Shown: piece by piece, positions 1 through 8,866 of the stretch | Numbering within the stretch: the stretch's first letter is position 1 | Layout: the number at the start of each line of letters is the position of its first letter | Virus record (IMG/VR): IMGVR_UViG_3300027571_000588 | Location: 1-43,053 of that record | Origin: a virus | Taxonomy: Duplodnaviria > Caudoviricetes | Length of the DNA: 43,053 nucleotides | Strand: one strand, 5' to 3' | The notes under the pieces: model-generated | Databases searched by the model: none | The model's input: the letters and a program-made list of their open reading frames with translations, nothing else | Told to the model about the DNA's origin: nothing | Program-made: the position numbers and the translations under genes

Positions 1-2
1 AC

Positions 3-236
3 CTTGGCAAGCCTATGCAAGGTGATGTTAAGAAATTTAAAGTATACGTCAAAGATCCAAAGACAGGTAATGTTAAAAAAGTAAACTTTGGACATGGCGG
101 AAGCAGTGTTAAGGGTAAAGCAATGAAGATTAAAAAATCTAACCCTGCACGTAGACGTTCATTCAGGGCAAGACACAACTGTGATAACCCGGGTCCACGT
201 ACAAAAGCAAGATATTGGAGTTGTAGAAAATGGTAG
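3..236 (+). CDS. Basic phage protein, 5'-partial (probable internal head protein module)
   Basis: The frame is open from the window edge (LGKPMQGDVKKFKVYV...). Very Lys/Arg-rich, ending RHNCDNPGPRTKARYWSCRKW, a module typical of large myophages. Confidence 0.7.
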   Translation, partial: LGKPMQGDVKKFKVYVKDPKTGNVKKVNFGHGGSSVKGKAMKIKKSNPARRRSFRARHNCDNPGPRTKARYWSCRKW

Positions 237-403
237 AAAAATCAGCAGCAGAACAAATAAGAGATTTAGGCAATCGTTTAGCTAAGATAAACGGATTAGA
301 CAATGCGGAATCAGATAAACAACAGCCCGAAGATGATAATATTTTAATAGCATCTAGTCCATACGGAACTAAGTATGAAGATTTTATAAACAAAGGGAGT
401 TAG
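230..403 (+). CDS. Hypothetical protein, 57 aa (not in ORF track)
   Basis: ATG at 230 overlaps the upstream gene end. MVEKSAAEQIRDLGNRLAKI...FINKGS, TAG at 401-403. Fills the gap up to the ATG at 405. Confidence 0.7.
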   Translation: MVEKSAAEQIRDLGNRLAKINGLDNAESDKQQPEDDNILIASSPYGTKYEDFINKGS

Positions 404-404
404 T

Positions 405-734
405 ATGAAGTTACTTGAATTAGCAAACAAAGATGATTTTACACTAGAATGGAATGTATCGCAAGACTGTCATACCTACATGAAAAATGATCCTATATTT
501 TATAGAAAAGAATACTTTCCTGTTATGACTAGTATTTCAGATAAGTTTAGAAAAGGCGCATCAGTAGACTTTGCAGAGACTTTACGTCCATTAGTACAAT
601 CAGCAATGGACTCGTATTGTACAAAATACGGACTTGACGGTTCACAAAGTGTTTTTACAGAAGAAGATGAACTTAATATTATTGAACGTATAAGAGAAGA
701 AGAAGTAAAAAATATTGAAGAAGGTGAATATTAA
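405..734 (+). CDS. Hypothetical phage protein
   Basis: 109 aa ORF with GGGAG RBS, tightly packed with neighbours. Confidence 0.8.
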   Translation: MKLLELANKDDFTLEWNVSQDCHTYMKNDPIFYRKEYFPVMTSISDKFRKGASVDFAETLRPLVQSAMDSYCTKYGLDGSQSVFTEEDELNIIERIREEEVKNIEEGEY

Positions 735-1331
735 ATGTTTCTTAAAGAACTGTTCGAAGCACCAACAAAGAGAGCGGTTCTTGCCTTTGGCAGATTAAAT
801 CCTCCAACTATTGGTCACAGTAAATTAGTTGATCAAATTAAAAAACATAATGGTGATCACTATTTGTTTCTTAGTCAAACACAAAAGCCTAAAACAGATC
901 CATTGGACTTTGCAACTAAATTAAAGTTTGCAAAAAAGTTCTTTCCAGGTATTAATATCGGACATCAAAGTGTACGTACACCTGTACAGGCATTAGAAAA
1001 ATTACAGAGTTTAGGATACACAGATTTAATCTTTGTTGCAGGCAGCGACAGAGTAGATGGCTTTCAAAAAATGTTTGATACATACAATGGTAAGCCTGAT
1101 AAAACAGGAAAGATTCCATTTAAATTTAATACATTAAAAGTTGTAAGTGCAGGCGAGCGTGATCCAGATGCAGATGGTGCAGAAGGCATGAGTGCAAGTA
1201 AAATGAGAGTTGCTGCAGCTGAAGGTAACTTAGAAGCATTTACACAAGGTGTTCCAGACACTAAACTAGCACAAGCAATGTACAATGCTGTACGTAACGG
1301 CATGGGCGTTAACGATTTAGCTAATGGATGA
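735..1331 (+). CDS. Cytidylyltransferase-like (HxGH) nucleotidyltransferase
   Basis: FGRLNPPTIGH (HIGH-type), AGSDR and MSASKMR (KMSKS-like) motifs. Confidence 0.85.
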   Translation: MFLKELFEAPTKRAVLAFGRLNPPTIGHSKLVDQIKKHNGDHYLFLSQTQKPKTDPLDFATKLKFAKKFFPGINIGHQSVRTPVQALEKLQSLGYTDLIFVAGSDRVDGFQKMFDTYNGKPDKTGKIPFKFNTLKVVSAGERDPDADGAEGMSASKMRVAAAEGNLEAFTQGVPDTKLAQAMYNAVRNGMGVNDLANG

Positions 1332-1545
1332 ACTACAAGACATAAAACGCCTAGCTGGCGTAGGTGAGTTTAGAGGATATTCTGAATATAAGATTGATGA
1401 AAATCCTAGTGAAACAGCTGCGGCGTTGAAGAAAAAAGAAAAGAAAATGGGACTAAAGCCAGGAGACCAAGAATGGTTTAAACTTTGGTTCAGCAAACCT
1501 TATATGACAGGTGCTACTCAATTTAGGGGCCGTAAAAAGAAATGA
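1324..1545 (+). CDS. Hypothetical protein (probable internal head protein)
   Basis: 73 aa, MDELQDIKRLAGV N-terminus, basic C-terminus, overlaps both neighbours. Confidence 0.75.
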   Translation: MDELQDIKRLAGVGEFRGYSEYKIDENPSETAAALKKKEKKMGLKPGDQEWFKLWFSKPYMTGATQFRGRKKK

Positions 1546-2738
1546 AGTTTCAAGAGATATCAGAAGACGGAAGAATTGTAAAAGGCGTTAACACTACTGT
1601 TGATGTTGATACTAACCAGATTCCTAAAGAAGCTGGAAAGTTTGGCAACAAGGTAGATAAAGACGGAGTGCCACCTACACTAAGTAAAAAAGTAAAAGGC
1701 AAGAGTACAAACGTACTATTCAACTTAGGACTTTCTGAAGGCAAGTATGCAGACATACATGATGTAAAAGACTATAATCCTGATAACTTAGAAATATGGG
1801 TAAAGGGCGTTGGTGTTTACACACTTAACGGACTTAAGAATAGATTAAAAACAAGACTAGAAGGCTTTAAAGATAACATGGACTACAACGCTGAAGGCGT
1901 AGAGTCAGTGTTAAGCGGCACAGGTTACGATGCATTTATGAGTATGCTTAGAGGTTACAACGAAGTAATGAAAGCATTAGAAACACCGCAAATGAAACGT
2001 AAAAAAACTATTGCAAAGCGTAAAGCACAATACAGTGAAGGTGAACAAATACCTAATCCTAAGAATACATTCTTAGCAAAGTCTGATACAGCATATGATC
2101 ATTATAAAATTGGAACAAACTTAGCAAACTTAAAGTCAGTACCAAAAGGTGCAAACTATGATGAACCAGATGTAGTTATTGCTCCGTATGCTGGACAAAA
2201 AGAAATGAAGTATCTTATGAAACAACTTAACCGTATTGGTTATGATGTACAAGATGCTGAAGGATATAAAGATGCACACTTTGATGACGAGCCTACAGGC
2301 GGAGAAGCACCTCCACAAATTAAAGATCAAGGTAAATTAGGTAAAATCAAATTAAACAAATTACGTAGTGTACAAAAAGGTAGAAACTTCCGTAAACTTG
2401 AAAAGCAAATGAACAGAGTAAAGGACGGCACATACAGTCCTTTAACTGTAGACACAAAGGGTCGTATTGTAAATGGTCATCATAGATTTGATGCTCTAAG
2501 ACTTATGGGCGAAGAGTTTGCTACAGTTAGAATGTTAGATACTACGTTAGAAGAAATGCTATCAGAAAACTTTGCTGATGGTAAGAAAAAAGGCAAAAGC
2601 AAACCTGGCAGAGTAAAGAAGTCAGGTGCTAGTTGTAACGGATCAGTTACAGCACTACGCAAACGTGCTAAGAAAGCATCAGGTGAAAAAGCAAGAATGT
2701 ATCACTGGTGTGCAAACATGAAAGGTGGCAAAAAGTAA
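1542..2738 (+). CDS. Modular protein with ParB/Srx-like domain and basic C-terminal module
   Basis: PLTVDTKGRIVNGHHRFDALR is a ParB/Srx motif. Modules are separated by ISE/LSE/YSE. C-terminal ENFADGKKKG...YHWCANMKGGKK. Confidence 0.75.
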   Translation: MKFQEISEDGRIVKGVNTTVDVDTNQIPKEAGKFGNKVDKDGVPPTLSKKVKGKSTNVLFNLGLSEGKYADIHDVKDYNPDNLEIWVKGVGVYTLNGLKNRLKTRLEGFKDNMDYNAEGVESVLSGTGYDAFMSMLRGYNEVMKALETPQMKRKKTIAKRKAQYSEGEQIPNPKNTFLAKSDTAYDHYKIGTNLANLKSVPKGANYDEPDVVIAPYAGQKEMKYLMKQLNRIGYDVQDAEGYKDAHFDDEPTGGEAPPQIKDQGKLGKIKLNKLRSVQKGRNFRKLEKQMNRVKDGTYSPLTVDTKGRIVNGHHRFDALRLMGEEFATVRMLDTTLEEMLSENFADGKKKGKSKPGRVKKSGASCNGSVTALRKRAKKASGEKARMYHWCANMKGGKK

Positions 2739-2941
2739 TGTTTAGTAAACAATGCAAACTACACTTAGAAAAACAAGGCGAAACTGCCTTACAACATATG
2801 ACAGCGGCACTAAAGACAGCTGCTAAACTTCAATTACTTGTACCGGCATTAGTAGTACACAGTGTTGCTCCGAGGTTTTTTACTGAAACAGCAACAAAAG
2901 TAATGGAAGATATACTGGAAGATAGACATGAAAATAAATGA
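2738..2941 (+). CDS. Small conserved protein (DUF6356-like)
   Basis: Start moved to the ATG at 2738 (TAATG overlap). HL..GET..QH...A......HSV.P.FF pattern. Confidence 0.6.
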   Translation: MFSKQCKLHLEKQGETALQHMTAALKTAAKLQLLVPALVVHSVAPRFFTETATKVMEDILEDRHENK

Positions 2942-3752
2942 AATAACTTCAAATAATTCAAAACAAGTTAACGAAGCATTTCCGCTTTTGATACCAGCAC
3001 TAATAGCTGGTGCTAGAATAGCTGCACCGTGGGCTATAAAACAAGGCGCAAAGATAATTGCAAAAAGAGGTGCGGCAGCTTCAGCAGCTAAAACAGGTGC
3101 TGGCGTTGTAGCTAAAGGTGCAGGCAAAGTTGCTACTGGCACAGCTAACACACTTCTTAAACGTCCAATAGCAACTACTACAATAGGTGGCGGAGCATAT
3201 GTTGCTAAGAAAACTGGTGACGGTATTGACGAACTAGTAAAAAGAGCCGGCGAAGGTATTGATGCTGTAAAAGACGAACTAATGGCTGCACTTGGTAGTG
3301 CAGGTTTTGCTAAAGTTGCAAAATTTACCGCTAAGTACGGAATACCAGTATTAGCTGCTGTTGCTATACTATACGGTGGTAAAAAGGTTTGGGACTATTT
3401 GTCCAAATCTAGCGAGGAACAACCAAGACTTGCATCTGAATCCCAAAAAGACACACATTGTTCAGACAAGTGTTGCGGTGCAGATACTAAAAGAGAAGAT
3501 TGCGTATGCCCAGCAGATTGCAAACACTGTAATTGTAACGATCCTAGTGTTGCAGAGTCAGCTACCGCTGGCGGAACAAGTGCAGGTAGTGTTGCTAGTG
3601 TAGTAAACCCTACATATGCATATGCTAAAGGAAAGAAAAAAGGTAAAAATGGTTTACCAAAGGCGCCACAGGCTACAAATCCAGATGGTACAGCTAAAAA
3701 CGCTTTAGATGTTAAAAACAATTTAATGGGCGGCAAGGTCGCAAAAAGATAA
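2928..3752 (+). CDS. Modular Ala/Gly-rich protein with hydrophobic segments and a Cys-rich module
   Basis: MKINEI N-terminus, two hydrophobic stretches, an 8-Cys segment and an ESATAGGTSAGSVASV module. Confidence 0.75.
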   Translation: MKINEITSNNSKQVNEAFPLLIPALIAGARIAAPWAIKQGAKIIAKRGAAASAAKTGAGVVAKGAGKVATGTANTLLKRPIATTTIGGGAYVAKKTGDGIDELVKRAGEGIDAVKDELMAALGSAGFAKVAKFTAKYGIPVLAAVAILYGGKKVWDYLSKSSEEQPRLASESQKDTHCSDKCCGADTKREDCVCPADCKHCNCNDPSVAESATAGGTSAGSVASVVNPTYAYAKGKKKGKNGLPKAPQATNPDGTAKNALDVKNNLMGGKVAKR

Positions 3753-3755
3753 ATA
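3748..3755 (+). promoter_or_regulatory. Late-type promoter (GATAAATA)
   Basis: Resembles the T4 late TATAAATA box. Lies upstream of an AGGAG RBS and the ATG at 3776. The same motif recurs in other intergenic gaps. Confidence 0.6.
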
Positions 3756-3775
3756 TATATTAGTAGGAGTTACTG

Positions 3776-4354
3776 ATGAGAGAAAAAGATTTAAAAGAAG
3801 GTTTAGGCGAATTAGCTGATAAAGCTGAGCAAGACCACGAAGTACAAATGGCACGTGCCGAGCTTTATAAAGCTGCTAAGTATTCAATTAAACTACACGA
3901 AATGCTTAAAGGCGTAAGTGAAGCAGAAGGCCTAGAAGGTTGGGTACAAGCAAAGATTACAAAAGCTTCAGACTATTTAAGTTCTGTGTATCATCATATG
4001 GATTACCAAGAAGCTGACGACAGTGCAATGGCTCCTGATGCACTAGATGGTATTTCAAGCGGTAAAGAAGAAGTTGGCGAAGGCAAAGGTAAGAGCAACA
4101 AACAAAAAGCTGCTATTGCTATTGCTAAAAAGGAAAAAGGTTATAAAGAATCTTTAGCTGACAGATTATCAGAAGCTGTTGCTAAATGTTCAGAGTGTGG
4201 TAAGCCAAGTTACAAAACTTTAGGTTTATCAGAAGCAGAGCTAGATGAAGTAGCTGGTCCTGAAAAATGTTGGAAAGGTTATAAAAGATCTGGAACACAA
4301 AAAGGTACTGGTGAGAATGCAGGCAAACGTGTTAATAAGTGCGTAAAGGCCTAA
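3776..4354 (+). CDS. Modular hypothetical protein (probable internal head protein)
   Basis: LEGWVQAKITKASDYL module, CSECG knuckle, CWKGY...NKCVK module, LxE linkers. Confidence 0.75.
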   Translation: MREKDLKEGLGELADKAEQDHEVQMARAELYKAAKYSIKLHEMLKGVSEAEGLEGWVQAKITKASDYLSSVYHHMDYQEADDSAMAPDALDGISSGKEEVGEGKGKSNKQKAAIAIAKKEKGYKESLADRLSEAVAKCSECGKPSYKTLGLSEAELDEVAGPEKCWKGYKRSGTQKGTGENAGKRVNKCVKA

Positions 4355-4355
4355 T

Positions 4356-5228
4356 ATGGATTTCCGCAAACTTCAACAAAAACTATTCCAAATAGAACCA
4401 ACTGATCGAGCTGCTGATAGAGCAGCGATGGTTGCAAGTATGCAAGGCGCTAACCCGCAAGAAAGTGTACAAGTTGAAGAAAACTTCCTACAAGAAAGTG
4501 TAGATGTACCGCAAGGTACTATGCCAGTTGAAGGTAATTACAGCGTAAGTGACTTTGCTAAACTAGCAGGCGTAACACTTAACGAAGGTAAACAAAAACA
4601 TGGTAGTGCAGGTCAACTTAAAGGCAAGGATGCCTTTACTAAGAGTTCTAAACCAGGTGGCAACGAATCACCACACCCTGCTAGAAATAAACTTGTTGGT
4701 GACAGCATGGACAATGATATTGAAGAAGGTCCAATTGATGCTATTAAAGCCGTTAACAAATCCAAAGGGTTAGGCGGTGCATTTCAAACAGGTTATAATG
4801 CAACACAAAAAGGCGGAGCACTTGCTCCTGATGCTTTAAACAAAGCAATAAGTGGAGTATTTACAGGCAACGATAAGAAAGATAAAACAGACACTAAAGG
4901 CAACAGTAGTGTAGCTGATAAGTATGCAACATCAATACAAAACATACTTAAAGATCCTGCACTAAAAAGAGAACTATTATTACTAATGAAGAAGGCAAAC
5001 TCAAAGAGTCAAATGAACTCTGAGGCACAAAAGAACAGAAGGCCACAAAAACCAAAGCCGCGCAATACAGGATACAAAGACCTGGAAGCACTACGTACTA
5101 GTGGCGCCGGTGGAGCGCATACGGATAAAAGTAAAACAATACCCCGTAAACAAAAGTACAAGCAAGATCCTACTCAGGAATCTATCAAAGAAATGCTTTT
5201 TCGTAAATTAAACGAAAAAAGTTCTTGA
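4356..5228 (+). CDS. Low-complexity modular protein (probable internal head/scaffold protein)
   Basis: 290 aa with many (L/V/I)xE sites, KLAGV motif and basic modules. Confidence 0.7.
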   Translation: MDFRKLQQKLFQIEPTDRAADRAAMVASMQGANPQESVQVEENFLQESVDVPQGTMPVEGNYSVSDFAKLAGVTLNEGKQKHGSAGQLKGKDAFTKSSKPGGNESPHPARNKLVGDSMDNDIEEGPIDAIKAVNKSKGLGGAFQTGYNATQKGGALAPDALNKAISGVFTGNDKKDKTDTKGNSSVADKYATSIQNILKDPALKRELLLLMKKANSKSQMNSEAQKNRRPQKPKPRNTGYKDLEALRTSGAGGAHTDKSKTIPRKQKYKQDPTQESIKEMLFRKLNEKSS

Positions 5229-5253
5229 CAAACCCTTCATAATACCGTATAAT
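5225..5253 (+). promoter_or_regulatory. sigma70-type early promoter
   Basis: TTGACA (5225-5230), 17 bp spacer, TATAAT (5248-5253). Confidence 0.9.
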
Positions 5254-5282
5254 AGTATATAAATTACTAAAGGAGATCCTCA

Positions 5283-5543
5283 ATGGGAAGTCGTGTATTC
5301 GGTGCCGATGAAAAGGCAAAATTAGAAAGACTAGTAAATGAAGGCGTAACAGTCTATCAGGAAGTAGAAGACCTTACAACAGGTCTAAAAGATACAGTTA
5401 AGTCTGTAGCTGAAGAGCTTGACATTAAGCCAAGTTTAATTAATAAAGCAATTAAAATTGCACAAAAAGGTGACTGGGAAAGAGTTTCCGATGAGTTTGA
5501 CGATTTGGAAACATTAGTCGTAACTGTCGGCAAGGACAAATAG
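5283..5543 (+). CDS. Double-stranded DNA-binding protein, T4 DsbA/GapR-like
   Basis: 86 aa helical protein (LKDTVKSVAEELDIKPSLINKAIKIAQK), AAGGAG RBS, next to the DNA polymerase gene. Confidence 0.65.
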   Translation: MGSRVFGADEKAKLERLVNEGVTVYQEVEDLTTGLKDTVKSVAEELDIKPSLINKAIKIAQKGDWERVSDEFDDLETLVVTVGKDK

Positions 5544-5544
5544 T

Positions 5545-5823
5545 TTGCAAGCTATTAAAGACTTTTATAGAGATAGTCTTACCTCAGACCCGGTTGCACA
5601 CTATGCAGAGATGATAGGTGCTGTTAGTGTTATTATAGGTAGCTCTATATTAACATGGACTGTACTCACTCCAAGACCAGATATCTTCATACCGTTCTAT
5701 TTTGTAGGAAGTTGTGCAAGTTTCTTTGGAGCATATAGACGTGGACTACCTTGGGTATTAGTACTCACTGGTTGGTTCATTATTATGAACATCATAGCTC
5801 TTAGTAGACTATATATTATATAA
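5545..5823 (+). CDS. Small membrane protein (about 3 TM helices)
   Basis: TTG start, three hydrophobic stretches. Confidence 0.65.
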   Translation: MQAIKDFYRDSLTSDPVAHYAEMIGAVSVIIGSSILTWTVLTPRPDIFIPFYFVGSCASFFGAYRRGLPWVLVLTGWFIIMNIIALSRLYII

Positions 5824-5887
5824 CGCCAATAGCAATAGCTAGGCATGTAGATGGTTAAGTTGGCCACAAGCAACGAAGGAGAAATAA

Positions 5888-8557
5888 TTGAGCTACGTAG
5901 ACGCACTATTTGATCGCGACTCTGACATTATCAGAGTTGTTGAACGAAATGACGGTAAAAGAGATTACCGTGAATATCAAGCAAAGTATACATTTTATTA
6001 TAAAGACCAACGAGGCAAGTACAAGAGTGTGTACGGCGATCCTCTAAGTCGTATTGTGTGTAAGAACACAAAAGACTTCCGCAAAGAAGTTGCTATTAAC
6101 AGAGACAAAGAACTGTTTGAAAGCGACATTAATCCAATTTTCCAATGTTTAAGTGAAAACTATCTTAACCAAGATGGTCCTAAAATGAATATTGCATTCT
6201 TTGATATTGAGACTGACTTTGATCCAGAGCGTGGCTTTGCTGATCCTAGTGATCCGTTTATGCCTATTACAAGTATTAGTGTATACTTACAATGGTTAGA
6301 CACAATGGTATGTCTTGCTGTGCCGCCTAAGACGCTTACTATGGAACAAGCAAAAGCAGAACTTGTGGGCATTGAAAACGTAATGCTGTTTGAAAAAGAA
6401 GGTGAGATGATAGACACTTTCTTAACACTTATTGAAGACAGTGATGTACTTAGTGGATGGAACAGTGAAGGATATGATATTCCGTATACTGTAAACAGGA
6501 CTAGTCGTGTACTAAGCAAAGATGATACACGTAGATTCTGCTTGTGGGGACAACTTCCTAAGAAACGTGAATATGAAAAATATGGCAAGCTGAGCCAAAC
6601 GTTTGACTTAGTAGGCCGTGTACACTTAGATAGTTTGAACTTATATCGTAAGTATACATATGAAGAACGTCATACATACCGACTAGATGCTATTGGCGAG
6701 ATCGAAGTAGGCGAAAAGAAAGTTGCATACGAAGGCACACTTGATCAGTTATATAACAATGACTTTCGTAAGTTTATTGAATACAACATACAAGATACCG
6801 CACTACTAGACAAACTAGATAAGAAGTTACGCTTTATTGATCTTAGTAATACTGTTGCTCATGAAAACACAGTGTTGTTGCAAACTACTATGGGTGCTGT
6901 TGCTGTTACTGAACAAGGTATTGTTAACGAAGCACACAACAGAGGCTTACAGGTTCCTAATCGTAAAAAGCGTGATGACGAAGCTACACAAGCCGCAGGT
7001 GCTTATGTTGCGTTTCCTAAGAAAGGTTTGCACAAATGGGTAGCGTCAATGGATTTGAATTCACTATATCCTAGTGTTATTCGTGCATTAAATATGGCAC
7101 CAGAAACTATCATTGGACAAATACGTCCAGAGATGTCAGACGCTCGTGTACATGAAGACATGTTCTTAAAGAAGAAAAGTTTTGCGGGTAGTTGGGAAGG
7201 ACGTTTTAGTACAGAAGAATACGAAGCTGTCATGGAACAACGCAAAGATGTTCCATTAACTGTTGACTTTGAAAATGGACAAACAGAAGTAATGAGCGGA
7301 GCAGAGATTTACAAATTAATATTTGATAATCAAAACCCGTGGATGCTTAGTAGTAACGGTACAATCTTTACAACTGAGTTTGAAGGTGTTATTCCAGGAC
7401 TACTAAAGCGTTGGTATGCTGAACGTAAAGACATGCAGAAGATGTTAAAGAAAGCAAAAGACGCAGGCAATGCTGTTGAAATCGAATATTGGGATAAACG
7501 ACAGCTAGTTAAGAAGATTAACCTAAACAGTTTGTATGGTGCTATTCTTAATCCGGGCTGTAGATTCTTTGATAAACGTATTGGTCAAAGTACAACACTC
7601 ACTGGAAGACTTATTGTTAAACATATGAGTGCCGAAGTAAACAACTGTATTACAGGCGAGTATGATCACGTTGGTAAGGCTATGGTTTATGGCGATACTG
7701 ACTCTTGCTACTTTAGTGCTTGGCCTATGCTAAGAGATGAAGTTGCTAGTGGCAACCTTGAATGGTCTAAAGAAAAGTGTATTACACTTATGGATCAAGT
7801 ATGCGAACAAGCAAACACAACATTCCCAAAATTTATGGCAGATGCATTTCATTGTCCGTCAACACGTAGTGATGTTATTGCAGCAGGACGTGAAATTATT
7901 GCACAATCAGGTTTGTTTATTACTAAGAAACGTTATGCGGCATTAGTAATTGACAACGAAGGCTTTAGAACAGATATCGACGGCAAAGCAGGTAAAGTAA
8001 AGGCAATGGGCTTAGACTTGCGTAGATCAGATACTCCTGTGTTTATGCAAGAGTTTTTGAGCGAGCTATTACTTATGGTGCTTACTGATAAGCCACAAGA
8101 AGATATTCTTGAACGCATTACTGTATTCCGTAAGGAGTTTAGTGAGCGTCCTGGTTGGGAGAAAGGATCTCCTAAACGTGCAAACAAAGTAGGACACTAT
8201 AGGCGGTTAGAAGAAAAACAAGGCAAGGCAAATATGCCAGGCCACGTGCGGGCAAGCATTAACTGGAATACGTTGAAGCGTATGAACGGCGACAAATACT
8301 CGCAAGAGATTGTTGACGGCATGAAAGTTATTGTTTGTAAATTAAAACAGAATCCGCTAGGTTATACTAGTGTTGCATACCCAACTGACGAGTTACGTAT
8401 TCCAGAATGGTTTAAGGAACTTCCTTTTGATGATGCAGCAATGGCGGAGACTATCATTGATAATAAACTAGACAACTTAATTGGTGTGCTTAACTATCCA
8501 TTAGAAGATACTAAGCGACACAATACGTTTAATAGTTTGTTTGATTTCGGAGAATAA
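5888..8557 (+). CDS. gp43: DNA polymerase family B with 3'-5' exonuclease (T4 gp43-like)
   Basis: Exonuclease motifs FFDIETD, GWNSEGYD, YNIQD. Polymerase motifs DLNSLYPS, KKINLNSLYG, YGDTDS, KKRY. TTG start after AAGGAG. Confidence 0.97.
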   Translation: MSYVDALFDRDSDIIRVVERNDGKRDYREYQAKYTFYYKDQRGKYKSVYGDPLSRIVCKNTKDFRKEVAINRDKELFESDINPIFQCLSENYLNQDGPKMNIAFFDIETDFDPERGFADPSDPFMPITSISVYLQWLDTMVCLAVPPKTLTMEQAKAELVGIENVMLFEKEGEMIDTFLTLIEDSDVLSGWNSEGYDIPYTVNRTSRVLSKDDTRRFCLWGQLPKKREYEKYGKLSQTFDLVGRVHLDSLNLYRKYTYEERHTYRLDAIGEIEVGEKKVAYEGTLDQLYNNDFRKFIEYNIQDTALLDKLDKKLRFIDLSNTVAHENTVLLQTTMGAVAVTEQGIVNEAHNRGLQVPNRKKRDDEATQAAGAYVAFPKKGLHKWVASMDLNSLYPSVIRALNMAPETIIGQIRPEMSDARVHEDMFLKKKSFAGSWEGRFSTEEYEAVMEQRKDVPLTVDFENGQTEVMSGAEIYKLIFDNQNPWMLSSNGTIFTTEFEGVIPGLLKRWYAERKDMQKMLKKAKDAGNAVEIEYWDKRQLVKKINLNSLYGAILNPGCRFFDKRIGQSTTLTGRLIVKHMSAEVNNCITGEYDHVGKAMVYGDTDSCYFSAWPMLRDEVASGNLEWSKEKCITLMDQVCEQANTTFPKFMADAFHCPSTRSDVIAAGREIIAQSGLFITKKRYAALVIDNEGFRTDIDGKAGKVKAMGLDLRRSDTPVFMQEFLSELLLMVLTDKPQEDILERITVFRKEFSERPGWEKGSPKRANKVGHYRRLEEKQGKANMPGHVRASINWNTLKRMNGDKYSQEIVDGMKVIVCKLKQNPLGYTSVAYPTDELRIPEWFKELPFDDAAMAETIIDNKLDNLIGVLNYPLEDTKRHNTFNSLFDFGE

Positions 8558-8558
8558 A

Positions 8559-8672
8559 ATGAAAATTAAATTCGAAGCAGAAATAGATACTGACAATGAG
8601 CAGGACCTAAATACTATTGAAGAATTAATTTCTATGCTAAAACAATTAGCAGAAAATTATTACGAGGAGTAA
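8559..8672 (+). CDS. Small acidic protein, 37 aa (not in ORF track)
   Basis: MKIKFEAEIDTDNEQDLNTIEELISMLKQLAENYYEE, GGAG RBS, fills the gap. Confidence 0.65.
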   Translation: MKIKFEAEIDTDNEQDLNTIEELISMLKQLAENYYEE

Positions 8673-8677
8673 GATTA

Positions 8678-8866
8678 ATGTGGATACTAGTTTTTATATA
8701 TTTCTATGACACCATGCCATACGTCGAAAAAGTAACTGTTGCTGATACAATGGAGAATTGTTTTCTAGCAAGAGAAGCTCTTTCAGTAGATGTTGGTAAA
8801 GGAAATGGATATTTTAAATCTGGTCAACAAGCGATATGCGTATTTACAACCGAGGCAGACTTATGA
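8678..8866 (+). CDS. Small hypothetical protein
   Basis: GAGGAG RBS, MWILV N-terminus, two Cys. Confidence 0.65.
   Translation: MWILVFIYFYDTMPYVEKVTVADTMENCFLAREALSVDVGKGNGYFKSGQQAICVFTTEADL

Noticed and set aside
5888-8557. Intein or intron in the DNA polymerase
   Set aside because: At 889 aa with contiguous motifs it is a normal gp43 size, and no splicing or homing-endonuclease motifs are seen.
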